A stretch of DNA of 62,207 nucleotides, counting the filler, from Rhabdomonas costata (Eukaryota): assembly GCA_019059605.1 (NCBI GenBank). It is 20 parts of 20 records of this genome, joined end to end, with 100 filler letters (N's around TTAATTAATTAA, not from the genome) between each part and the next. Parts side by side here need not be neighbours in the genome. Positions count along the whole stretch, not along the records: positions 37,418 to 40,436 come from JAHMHO010001549.1; positions 40,537 to 43,548 come from JAHMHO010001550.1; positions 43,649 to 46,660 come from JAHMHO010001551.1; positions 46,761 to 49,770 come from JAHMHO010001552.1; positions 49,871 to 52,880 come from JAHMHO010001553.1; 15 more parts are not named here. One strand, 5' to 3'. The notes below the pieces were generated by a model. That model made no database searches. It had not been told where the DNA came from and worked only from the letters and a program-made list of their open reading frames with translations. Shown here one piece after another: positions 37,591 to 50,117 of this stretch (position 1 is the first letter of the stretch; every line of letters starts with the position of its first letter). Position numbers and translations under genes: made by a program.

Positions 37591-40537
37591 ATTAATATAT
37601 ATTTCTGGTAATCACCAGGTTCTCTGAGCGTGAGCGTGCTTGAGAGCTTAGCGGAAGCCATGGGGAGCTTTCCAGACTCCACGAGTGAGTAGTTGCTAAT
37701 GAGGTGCGGAGGCAAGTCCATTTTCTATAACAATCCACTGAACTGCTTAGTAATAGTGTGTATGGTTTAAGTAAACTTATAATATTTGCACAAATGCCGC
37801 TGCGTACACGCAAATGTATACAGGATGTTACACCAGCGCTTATCCCACAAATAAGTCTGAGATCTCTTTCCATAATGAACACTACAAATCATTACAAAGT
37901 TCTTGCAGCCAAAGCGCGAGCCAACGAAGAAGTCAAATCAATACTTTGGCGTGACTTTGGAGTGAATGCTGCTAGTGAAGACATGTTGTTATGTGCCATG
38001 CGGTATACTGAAACTATTCCACTACTTATGCTAAAACGTGCTACATTTTAATAGCGTTAAGCAGTAAAACATTTAAATACACAAAAGAGTTATTTTTCGG
38101 CACAAATGTTGCATTATTGTGCATGTAATTAATAGGAGATGTTAAGTAAGTGTGACGTGGCAACGTTTACAACCTATTGTTGGCAAGGTTTCATCAGCAC
38201 TTTTGAAAGCACTTTTTAGAATCAGAGCAATCCTACAACGCAGAATGAGTCAGTTTTTAAACGCGGTAAATTCTTTAATATATATTGCCATCACTGCGTC
38301 TTCTCATTTTATACCTGGTAAAGATACCTTACATGATACTTCTTGTATCACGTCAAAAATAAAATAGCGTTTATTGTTAGTGAAGTTAAATTTGTAGCTC
38401 TTACGTAAGATCTACAAAAACCTCATGAAACCAGCCATTGTATACGCGTGCTCTACAATTTTCCTCGGAGCCAGTGTATCACGCATGTCCGCGCACAGCG
38501 TTCGCCTACTTATGTGCACCTTATTGTTAGCTCTTTTTTTTAGCGCAGATCATGTACTACGATGGATTGAAGTAAAATTGCAAACGCTTTTGCATAATGC
38601 ACAGGACATGATGTATAATTTAAATTGGCTATATGACATTAAAAACTGTGCAATGACGTTGACTTCGCGTTCACAAGTTAAACCACAAGTATGTATCACA
38701 TCAAAACTGTAAAAAAATATACTGTCTTGCATATTTGACTTCATGTGCTACGCAATTCGGTTATTTTGTATGACACGTTATCATATCACCAATAATGTGA
38801 GAAAACAAGAAGCACAAGCGCAAAGTGCATTTTGCACGTGATAAACGATGGAACTAAAGTACACNNNNNNNNNNNNNNNNNNNNNNNNNNNNNNNNNTGA
38901 CACGTTATCATATCACCAATAATGTGAGAAAACAAGAAGCACAAGCGCAAAGTGCATTTTGCACGTGATAAACGATGGAACTAAAGTACACTGAATGAAA
39001 GACGACAATAGAAAGAGCATAACAAACACCCATAAACTTCCCTCCACTAAATTTCTATGAACAGAGCAATATTACAAAGAAACATTTATGACTCCAAACA
39101 ATTAGAAGTTATCCAGCTGTTTTCGTACACAGTGCTGTGGACACTGTGGTGCAGATCACTCCTGTTGTTCACAAAGTTTCCTAATTTCGACGTAAATTGG
39201 ATGTAAGGGAAGTTTCGTAATTTTTTGATTTGTGCTTTGGATTTCTAATGAGGTGTGGTGTGTGTGTGTGTGTGTGTGTGACGAAATATCATTCATGTAA
39301 ATCAACGGTTTAAGTATTTATCATTTTGGTTGCTCCATTTCAAAAACATCTAACGCGGTGTTTTATTCACAAGCCAATGTCAACATCCGTGACGTATGGT
39401 ATCCTCGGCATTGGTAGCGCCCGACCAGCATCGATTGTATGCGTTTTGTATCCAGGGCAAGGTGGTGTTTTCCAAGAAGCCGAACCACGGTTTCACCCAA
39501 CAAAGCGCATATTTTAGCCCATATTGTTGGAATTGTGTGTCGAAAGTTCTGTTGGAATGACACACGGCACCAGTGGTGAAAATTAACTGTGAAAATGCCG
39601 ATCGGGATAGCCACTAAATCATGTGCCATTTACCAGCCCAGGTCCAACGTCTGCTATCTTCTGTCCGGCGGCCACGGAGCAGGATATTCAACGATATTGC
39701 GGGTAAAATTACGTGGCTTCTACTTTGGTAAGTGGTTATGACGCTGGATTCCCACGGAGGACTGTATCACAACCTTGCTTGCACAAGGTGGGCGCTGACC
39801 CCACTCACTGATGAGACTTCCACCTAGACACTTCCCTTCTTCACTTCCCGGCGGGAAGGCTCCGAACACTTGCCCTCACCACATCGGATCCATTAGGGGT
39901 GTTGAATTCCTGCCGAATCTTAAGGTCGGTTTGGAATCTCGAAATATTTTTTTTTGGGTGGTAGGATGCACGTGTGGCTCCGGGAAGCTGCCATAAACAA
40001 AGCTGGAGTCGAATTGTCGCGCCTTGGGGCTCACCATTTGTCGTTTTTGTGGGGGTTTCCCTGTGGGGGTCTCGCCACTCATGCCTTTTTACCTACTTCC
40101 ACCCAAAGAAAAGGATGTGGAAGGGGCAAAAGACTTCGCACTAACTCTGTCTTGTTTAAATTCGGTTTAAATTCCCCCCTCTCTCTCTCCCTCTGTATCA
40201 AGCTCATTCTCCCTCCCTCCCTCTATCCCTCTCTCCCTCCCTCCATCTCCCGCTCTTGCACGCTCATTCTCTCTCTCTTGTCTGTCTCTCTCGGCCACTA
40301 TACCACCCGCTCGGCTCTGGCCTGCGGCTCTTCTGTGTTCTTTCAGGCCGCCGCGTGAGCAGAAAAAGCCGAAAATAACGAATACTAGACAAACGAAGGT
40401 GCAATCACACACACCCCACCCAACCACACCCAACACNNNNNNNNNNNNNNNNNNNNNNNNNNNNNNNNNNNNNNNNNNNNTTAATTAATTAANNNNNNNN
40501 NNNNNNNNNNNNNNNNNNNNNNNNNNNNNNNNNNNNT

Positions 40538-43354
40538 GTGGTTTTTCAAGTCACCGGCCGGTCCTCTGCTCGGATCGAGCAGCTTCCCATTGTGTTTACT
40601 ACCGATGGAATGCTTGTCAAGCGAGCTCAGAGTGAACCTTTGCTTGACGCTGTGGACGTTCTGATGATTGACGAGGCTCACGAGCGAAGCCTGCAGACAG
40701 ACCTGGTGCTAGGAATCGCGCGAAAGATTGTCAGGGCTCGCTCGGACTTTAGGGTTGTGATTGCATCAGCCACCATCGATGAGCAGAAGTTTCTGGACTT
40801 TTTGGGCTGCAGCGGAGGGCCGCTTTGTGTCCCTGGGCGGACTTTCCCGATTACAGATCTTGAGCCGCCCATTTCCCAAAAGGCCGGGGTGGCGGCGGTT
40901 GTTGAAGAGGTTATCAAAGGGGTGGACGAGTTCCCAGGGCATACTCTTGTATTTCTATCTGGGCAAGCCGAAATTGAAAAAGCAGTGAGGGCTTTTCGTT
41001 CCCAAAAACCAGAACCGGAATTTGTGACCTATCCGCTGTACGCCGCACTCCCGCCCGAAGAGCAGCAAAAGATCATGGCACACTCCCCAGATGATTCTGA
41101 TGGTCGGATGGTGGTTTTCTGCACGAACATTGCGGAGACCTCGCTGACCGTGCCTGGAGTGCGGATTGTGGTGGACTTCGGGGTGGCGAAGGAGGCGAAG
41201 TTTGACCCCCGCAGGGGAATCACTGTCATTGAAGAGTTGCGAGTCTCCAGGGCATCTGCGAGTCAGCGCCGTGGGCGAGCAGGACGTACCTCCCCGGGTG
41301 TGTGCATTCGCCTTTATCTTAGTGAGGAGCTTGTTCGATCTTCCACGGTGCCCGAGATTCTGCGAAGCTCGTTGGACATTGTGGCCCTTCAGCTGCTTTG
41401 CTTGAACCACAACCCTTTGGTCTTTGACTTCATTGACAGGCCTGACGATGATGTCGTCCGTTCCTCGATGTTGCGTCTTGAGAAATTGGAATGCATCAGT
41501 GCGCCACTTCAGGTCACAAAACTGGGAAAGCTATTCTGCCAGTTACCCTTTGAGCCCTGCCTTTCCAGTTTTGTGGTGAGCTGCCATTCGGAGTATGGCC
41601 AACTGCAGGATGCCGCCGCCATTGCCTCGGTGATCAGTGCTCCGGGATCAATCTTTTTCATGGGAGGGGGAGCGGAAGACCGTTCTGCAGCGAAGCGTAA
41701 AGTTGCCGAAGATGCCGGGCAGCATTCATCAGATTTGCTCCACCAGCTCAGTGTTTTCCGAAGTTGGGAGAGGGCTGCCCATGGGAGCTGCCCTTGCAAA
41801 GGAGATAACCCACGCTGCAGCCAGTGCCGCCGCTTCCGAGCCACGTATGCAACGCAACACAGCCTGAACAACAAGGTGTTGCAGAGTGCCCTGGATACCA
41901 TGCGCACCGTGTTGGACACCGTCCAGAAAGCCCGAGTTCCTGCGGGTCCTCCTACGTCGCTTGACTTGGAGGAGGTAGTGGGTAGAGTTCTTTCTCGGTG
42001 TTTCGGAGATTCGCACGTCGCGGAAGTATTGGTTCCCAGGTTTCCGAATTTGGGCGCCCGAGCCATTGGCCGGCGGGTTTGCTTCGGCTCTCAAAGCTAC
42101 ATCTTGCAGCGCAGCAGGGCGGACCCTCCGGAGTTGGTGCTTTACTTGGAGGCTATGGAGTCTGCCAACGGCGGGTTTTTGAACAAGATTCATCCGATTC
42201 AAAAGTCCTGGATCGCGCCTGCGGAAGCTGAGAAGCTTGTTGGACCGCTTCCGCTGGTATTTCAGCAGTCGGGTTTGGGCCGGTTGTTTGAAAAGCCCAT
42301 CAGAATGGCGGTGCAGACTGTGGACAAGGAGTGGAGTGCAGTCACGTTTGATCGGGTGACGGCGACCGTCGCCGTGTACGGAACCAACCCTCAACTTGGA
42401 TCCGTTGTTGCAGCGGCGGTGGCCAAGGAGCGCAAAAACTTGGAGGAGTATGAAAGTGAGCCCATCTGGTTTGGCGGGGGCAGTGCTACCGCCACACTTT
42501 GCGCGGGCGGAAAAGTAGTTCGAGTAGAACGCGTTGGCTCCGCATTTCGTTTAGAATGTGAAGTCCAAGTTTCCAGCAAAGAGGAACTCGGCCATTGGCT
42601 GGATCAGCGCGGCATTAAAAACATTCGCTGGTCGCTGTTCACCCAATCTAAGGAAGACGCAAATGGTGGTACTGCTGTGCTGGTGTTTGCGAAAGAGTCT
42701 GCAGCAGAAGATGCGCGCAAAAAACTCGCCGCTGAAGGGATCAAAGCACGTGAGCAGCAGCGTGGAAAGGGGCTTTCTAACAGCGGCTACCGAGTCGAGA
42801 TCACCTTTCCCAGCAGGCTGTCGGAATCCGATCTGCTTGCTCGCTTTCCCGGAGCGGAATTATATGGCCACCCTTTCCCCCCAAGCTATGGGGTGCTTGT
42901 AAAGCGACTTCCACATGGTGGCTTGGCAAGGTTGCAGGCGGCGATACGACCGGCTCCGGCATCGATCAAGCTGAACGAAAAGGAAGACTTCTGTGTGATG
43001 TTTTTTGACACCAAGGAGGAAGCGGATGCCGCCGAGATGTTTCTTCGTGGGTTTCGATTTCCTTTGGTGGAACGATGCCCAGAATGTGATGGTCATGGGC
43101 GCAAGCCTTGCCAGCATCCAGGATGCCGTGGGGGAACGATTACTTGCCCCTACTGCAAAGGCGATGGGGGACGAGGGGGTCGGCCTTGCAAAGTCTGTTC
43201 CAATGCCTTGAGGGTGCCTCACACGCCCTGCCAAGGGCTCGGCTCGTTTTCCTGCAAGCGCTGCAATGGTGGCGCTGGGTTCACCATTGACGTTAAAAGA
43301 GATCCTGCGAAACACCACCCCGGCACTGCGAACCTCCGCTTCGCCACACTGCAG
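40538..43354 (+). CDS. DEAH-box RNA helicase (DEAH, HELICc, HA2) with C-terminal RRM-like folds and a DnaJ-type CxxCxGxG zinc finger; single ~2.8-kb exon, 5'-truncated
   Basis: TTDGML, IDEAHERS, SAT, VFLSGQ, TNIAETSLT, QRRGRAGR, PEILR; C-terminal CPECDGHG, CRGG, CPYCKGDG, CKVC, PCQGLG, CKRCNGG; probable donor CAG|GT at 43354. Confidence 0.92.
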
Positions 43355-43648
43355 GTGTTTAGTTTTGTATTTCTTGTGGTTTATGTGGTTTAAGCAAATC
43401 ATACGCGGAGCCCAGATAATAGGAATTGCGGTTGGAAGCTGGGAAATCGGTGAGAACTGTTATCTGCTTCAATACTGTTTCCAACAGTGGGAAAGCAGAA
43501 AAGCCCGACGGTGGGGGGTGCTTTGTTGGAAAAAAAACACTGATATAANNNNNNNNNNNNNNNNNNNNNNNNNNNNNNNNNNNNNNNNNNNNTTAATTAA
43601 TTAANNNNNNNNNNNNNNNNNNNNNNNNNNNNNNNNNNNNNNNNNNNN

Positions 43649-44615
43649 GTGTTGATGCGCTCTGTTGTTACGCTTTGTTAGTGATGTGCTGCTGTTCCTT
43701 GTAGTGCTTGTTTAGTGGTAGTGTCTGCAAGTTGGGGATGTTGGTGAGTCGAGGGGTTGAAGAATTGAGTAAGGGGTTGAGTATGCGTATTTCTACCAGG
43801 TATTCCTATGCTACTCCGCTCCGCTCCGTGCCCTTCCATCCTTCTACGGGCATGCCTCTTGACGTAGACATGCCCTCCGACCTCTAAAGCGTAGTCTCTC
43901 TTGATATTCCTGTGTGTCTACGCCAGGACGGATCTCACGTACCGGTTTATGCCGGGAGTGAGAAGAGTGACATGTGGGTAAGAAGTTGATGCTTTGTCGG
44001 GATGTCCTTCACTACGTTACGGCCATCCCTCCAGTATTCTTGTATCCTAATCGCTATGCCCTCATGTTCTACTACTACGGCATGCCCGCGTTGCTCGACA
44101 GGCCTACGTGATGGAAGGATAGAACGATAACGATACGATGCGATACGATTCATGGTTACGTTTTCGTTCTATTGGTCACGTAGCGTCGCATGCTCCAGCG
44201 CTGTCATGTCAACGCATGCTCGGTACCTTGAATGCTTTGTAAGAGAATGACGTCACTCCGCTGCGGTCCGCTCCTCTGCATAAGTTCTTCTTTCGGTATG
44301 CTCAGTACCTCGAATGCGTCCGTGTATTTTTTTTTACGTCCTCAGTCGCTACGCTCCTTCGTCCTGACGTCAGCAGTCTAAGGTCTTTAGAATCCTTTCT
44401 CATACCAACATAGGTCGGTACGTTCAAAGAAGTTCTTCAGTCAGTCACGGCGGGCAGTGGCAGCGCATATCCGAAGCGCCGGTGCTCGAGCAAGCGAGAT
44501 TGTTAAGGGGAAAGCGGTTTAGTTACCTTCCGAGTGGATCGGGTCGAAGCAAAGGCGGTCAATTCCCCTTCGAGGTGGCAACGCGCGAGGTCGGGGAGTC
44601 GGGCGAATTTAGACA
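43649..44615. repeat. Left arm of a ~967-bp inverted repeat
   Basis: Reverse complement of 45695-46660 with ~7 substitutions and one homopolymer indel. Confidence 0.95.
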
Positions 44616-45694
44616 CAAACACACAAGCTACACACAACTACGCTATAAGAAGAGAACGCGAACACCACCAGGCCACAGAAACAGACACCCCTCCAGCATC
44701 AACACACACAGCATCACACAAGGAACGCAAGAACACCACCAGCATCGACAACCACAACACCACCACGAACCCCAAGACGCCTTGAAACCACACCCCAACA
44801 TACGGGAACAATTACACACCATACAACCACTAACAGAGACAGAGACAGAGACACACACTACAAACATAGACAGAAACAGAGAGCAAGGTAGAAAGAGAGC
44901 ATGGCTACAGAAGCCTACAGCAAGAAAAGCACACACCATGAATTGTTTTCGTCCGGGCGCCCCCTTTGTAACAGCTGGTGCTCTCTCTTCGCGTGCCTTT
45001 GTTTTTTGCATCGTCTTGCTTGCTGTTCTCCTCGTGCGTGGCCCCGTGGTGGGCTTTGTTTTTTTTCTCGCTCTCCGCGGCTTGGCGCGAGACTTGCGGC
45101 TTCCCCCCAACCCGTTTTTTTTACGCGTAACCCGGTGGTCCGGACATTTCAATATGCATGCGCCTTTCTCGGACCGCCCCCCTAAACCAAGCCCGCCTTC
45201 CACCCCATGTTTGGCCCCGGGCCATATGCCGCTATGGGCAACCATTTTTTTTGGATTTCTTGCCGCCGCTCCGACGTGACCAACCTAATTTTTCTCAACA
45301 TCACCTCGACACTTTTGCTCGCCGCCCCTGTGTGTCGAGGGCCTGCGCCGACCAGCGCCCAGGACCGCACATCCTGCGCGCGCGGTTTCTTTGATAGGGC
45401 ACGTACTCGGACGGATGCGGCTATAGAGGAGGAAATGCAACCCTCCCGGGGTGTAAGACGGCACGGCTTCCGACTTCCCCACACGATCCGCTCCACTCCG
45501 CGGTGCCTCCCGACAAAGCTAACCTAGGTGAGAAGAACTTTCTTTCCCCCGGGTTGGCCTCGCTTTCGCCGCGGGCCCGGTAGAGCCTGGCCGTCCCCAC
45601 TCTTCGCGGTTGGCCTCGCCTTTGGCCTATTGTTTGAACCCACCCCTCCGTCACACGGCCTCTTCTCAATTCCACGCAACTTACCTCCGCAACT

Positions 45695-46660
45695 TGTCTA
45701 AATTCGCCCGACTCCCCGACCTCGCGCGTTGCCACCTCGAAGGGGAATTGACCGCCTTTGCTTCGACCCGATCCACTCGGAAGGTAACTAAACCGCTTTC
45801 CCCTTAACAACCTCGCTTGCTCGAGCACCGGCGCTTCGGATATGCGCTGCCACTGCCCGCCGTGACTGACTGAAGAACTTCTTTGAACGTACCGACCTAT
45901 GTCGGTATGAGAAAGGATTCTAAAGACCTTAGACTGCTGACGTCAGGACAAAGGAGCGTAGCGACTGAGGACGTAAAAAAAATACACGGACGCATTCGAG
46001 GTACTGAGCATACCGAAAGAAGAACTTATGCAGAGGAGCGGACCGCAGCGGAGTGACGTCATTCTCTTACAAAGCATTCAAGGTACCGAGCATGCGTTGA
46101 CATGACAGCGCTGGAGCATGCGACGCTACGTGACCAATAGAACGAAAACGTAACCATGAATCGTATCGCATCGTATCGTTATCGTTCTATCCTTCCATCA
46201 CGTAGGCCTGTCGAGCAACGCGGGCATGCCGTAGTAGTAGAACATGAGGGCATAGCGATTAGGATACAAGAATACTGGAGGGATGGCCGTAACGTAGTGA
46301 AGGACATCCCGACAAAGCATCAACTTCTTACCCACGTGTCACTCTTCTCACTCCCGGCATAAACCGGTACGTGAGATCCGTCCTGGCGTAGACACACAGG
46401 AATATCAAGAGAGACTACGCTTTAGAGGTCGGAGGGCATGTCTACGTCAAGAGGCATGCCCGTAGAAGGATGGAAGGTCACGTAGCGTAGCGGAGTAGCA
46501 TAGGAATACCTGGTAGAAATACGCATACTCAACCCCTTACTCAATTCTTCAACCCCTCGACTCACCAACATCCCCAACTTGCAGACACTACCACTAAACA
46601 AGCACTACAAGGAACAGCAGCACATCACTAACAAAGCGTAACAACAGAGCGCATCAACAC
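45695..46660. repeat. Right arm of the ~967-bp inverted repeat
   Basis: Mirrored ORFs 43947..44153(-) and 46156..46362(+) differ by one residue. Confidence 0.95.
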
Positions 46661-47113
46661 NNNNNNNNNNNNNNNNNNNNNNNNNNNNNNNNNNNNNNNN
46701 NNNNTTAATTAATTAANNNNNNNNNNNNNNNNNNNNNNNNNNNNNNNNNNNNNNNNNNNNTGTGTTGGGTGTCTTTGTCTTTGTTGAGCGACCTTGATTC
46801 TTGTTTGCAAGTTTAGGGCCGAAGTGGTTGGATGTGGGAAGCTTTCTTCGGTGGTGAGATGTCAGGCTCACCAGTTGTAAGCGGTCGCGTCTCCAAAGTC
46901 AAGAAATGATTAAAGGTTTGGTGACGCGCATTCGGAGCACTGGGGTGGATGGAACTGTACCAGCGAATTGGAAATACATCTACTCGATTCCAGAAGAAGT
47001 ATTTCCGTTTGTACTGTTGCCACATCTCACGCTCCAGTTTTGGCGTCTCTGTGTCTTGCATTTGTATGTGCTGCATCGTCACAAATAAAAGGAGTTGTCG
47101 CTTGCAACCCAAG

Positions 47114-49435
47114 TTGCGGAAACCGCACTCAAGGAGCGCTCCGAGGTCATGGCGTGGATGTCTCACGAGGTTTTCAACCCTGCCCCGTGCCTGTGCATCT
47201 TGCGCATCTTGTGCATCTCTTTCCCTCGATTTTCCATGTTCCCATTTGCTTTTCTCCGAACCCCATGGGAAGTTTTGTTTCTAAAACAGAATTTTGGATC
47301 GCCGATTTTGTCTTGCTCCGCACAGATTCGAACTCCGCTGAACGGGATTATTGGAATGATTGAGCTGCTGCACTCAACAGGCATGTCCTGCAGAGTTCGA
47401 TGGCAATACTTTTCTGATAGAGATCGGCTGCTTCTTGTTTCTGCCCCTTCTGTATGCTACTCTCCTTTTGCACCGTTCGCACGCTTTTCTCGCACGCCAG
47501 CGATGTCGGATGAGCAGCTTCGAGTAGTTAAGGTGATGGAGGGCGCATCCTCCAACCTGCTGGTGGTCATCAACGATATTCTGGTGGGCAGACTATCTCC
47601 CCACCCCCAATCCTCTTCCCACAAGGGGTGTTTGGGGGAGGGAAGGGGAGTGTTGTCTTCTGGCGAGCGGTGTTACGATGAATTCAAATGGAAGCGGACG
47701 ACTCATGGGGGTCGCATAAACGGTGAGATGGGTTTAGTTTAGTTTGGAGCCCAAACTCCTCCTCAAAGTGGGTTCAGTGTGTACCCCTTTGTCCTGGATA
47801 CTCGTGCCCAACGTGCAATTGCAGGAGAGGGATTTTCTTGTGCCCGTACGGATGCTTCAACCGTGTAATGTCCCACTACTGGGCAACGCCTTACTGCGAA
47901 ATCGTGGATCCCGTTTCGCTCTTGGAATAGGCTCTCCCAATTATATGGGCTTGCGCCATCATCGAGCGTGATTCTGATTTTCACTTAGGATTTTTTCAAG
48001 CTCGATGCGGGGAAGATGACCCTCGAGCTCGTTCCCACGGATTTAGCTGAGCTGGCCCGCAGTGTGATGGCGCTGTACCAGCCCAAGATGGCGGAGCGTG
48101 GGGTCAACCCTGTGGTGGTGCTTCCTCCGGAGCTTCCGCGGCTGCTGCTGTGCGACCCGACGCGGGTGCGGCAGGTGCTTTCGAACCTGGTGTCCAACAG
48201 GTGGGCTTCTCTTGGATCTTGGGAAGTAAGGGGAGCTTTCTTTTCGGTGTAAATCAGAGTTCCACTTGGGGGATGGCCGCTGTAGCGCAATTTTTTTGTC
48301 GTTGTCCTCGTTGTTTAAGAAGGATTCTCGTTTTTTTTTCTGAGCAAGTCTCTGGTGGTCTCTGTGTCGACCGGATGGATTGTACTCGACCGAGCAGCCG
48401 GGATTGTCGCATTATTCAGCGACCGACTCGAGGTGCAAAAATAGGGAAAGGACATGCTCTGCCCCCTGTTCTGTTTGCTTTTTCTGCTGTGCAGCGTGAA
48501 GTTTACGCGGCGAGGTTCCATATGTCTTGAGATCAGTCTCCGTGAGGTGCGATGTTCGCCTTGTTCGCCCCCTCCCCACTCCACCCCTTTTGGACTCACT
48601 TTTCACACTTTTCCTTCTGTTCCGATGAAATTTTGCGGCAGAGGCTAAACCTCTCTGCCCTGTTCAGACTTTGCTCCTCAATCCTTTGTTGAATGAAAAT
48701 GCCAAGGACGTCGCCGTTGACGCATGCGTCTAGAAGGTGACCATAATTCAATTTTTCTCCTTTTCTGAATGTCAAATTTTTGCCAAGGAAAAAACTTGGG
48801 CCATGGATAACATTTTTCCAAACGTCCCAAGACCAAACTTTAGTCAAGTTCAAACTGCTCCACACTTCTCAGCATTGGCTTTTTGGTAACTGCTATTGCC
48901 GTTCAGCAATGCTGTAGCGTCCCCCCCACCATGTACAAGCGCTGCCGCACGGCCCTATCAGCCGTGACCAATACGCCGAGTACATGTTCACACACACACA
49001 TTTTCAGTAAGAGTTACCGCTGAGCTCTGCCGCAGAGGGACGCCCCCAAAGGCGTCTCGTTTTGGTTTACCGTGGTTGTCTTGACAGCACTTCTATTGAC
49101 CATACGTTCCGCAAGACAGCAGGTAACTGATGGGGTTCTGCTCTTTCTTTGCCCTGAACCCCTGGCCTTTTCTATTCCCTTTTTTGAGGTGACTCAGTTG
49201 TAACAACTGTCCTTGTTTCCCGTTTCCCGAGTGTCCAAACCGAACTTCCCAGGCGCTTTGCTTTTCCCGGCCTACCTCAAAGATCGCAGAAACCTCCGTG
49301 ACCACGGTGGCCTCGGTGGAGTTCTTGGTGCGCGACACGGGCATCGGCATCCCCGCAGAAAAGCAAAGGGACTTGTTCAGCCCCTTCTCGCAGATCCACG
49401 CCTCCACAGCTCGGCTGTACGGAGGCACAGGGTTG
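47114..49435 (+). CDS. Two-component (probably hybrid) histidine kinase, HisKA + HATPase. Exons ~47114-47169, 47326-47380, 47501-47583, 47989-48200, 48496-48546, ~49282-49431
   Basis: H-box [37 protein letters not shown]-box [21 protein letters not shown]1 [10 protein letters not shown]2 LFSPFSQ..RLYGGTG. Confidence 0.93.
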
Positions 49436-49600
49436 GTTTGTGTGTCGCTGTGTCTTTGCGCATGTCTCTGGGTTGTTTTAAATGAAGCCTGCACTTTCAT
49501 CTTTTCTGTGTGTTTTGTGCGTTCTGGCCCTGCTGTAACTGCCAGCGCCAGCGGAAGTAGCGCTCCGGAAACCCTGAACCTGAAACCCGGAATTCCGGTC

Positions 49601-49745
49601 TAAAACCAGTCAAAACCACTGAGAAACTAGTCAAAACCACCGCAAAACCAGTTAAAACCCTTTGAAATTACAGATGTAGATAAAACCACTATAAAACCAT
49701 GCAAAACCAGTGACAGATCAGTCAAAACCACCATTGAAAACCCAC
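49601..49745. repeat. Degenerate AAAACCA(G/C) repeat array
   Basis: About 10 copies; the reverse motif TGGTTTTG also clusters at ~2740-2790. Confidence 0.7.
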
Positions 49746-50117
49746 TCCGAACCATACACACTGACACCCANNNNNNNNNNNNNNNNNNNNNNNNNNNNNN
49801 NNNNNNNNNNNNNNTTAATTAATTAANNNNNNNNNNNNNNNNNNNNNNNNNNNNNNNNNNNNNNNNNNNNTTGTTTTGTTTTTGTTTTTCCCACTCAACT
49901 TTCCCTTTGTTTTACGCCAGATCCTCTCATTCGCAATTGCCTTGGCTTCCATGCATGCTGCCGCCGTTGCCTATGTCTGGCTTCCTGCTTTCCCATTACT
50001 TTGAACCAGCGTGTTCTGATCGACCGTTTCTGCTTGGTTTGTGTGTATTCGGGAGCCCCCCCACCTTCTTCCTTGAACTCGATACAGATGTAGGGTAACT
50101 GCTCACGTGAAGAGCAA

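Noticed and set aside
38771..38991. 94-bp exact tandem duplication
   Set aside because: The copies flank an N gap; unmerged scaffold overlap
43752..43790. GGGGTTGA motifs resembling the kinetoplast minicircle UMS
   Set aside because: No exact GGGGTTGGTGTA and no CSB1/CSB2 at suitable spacing
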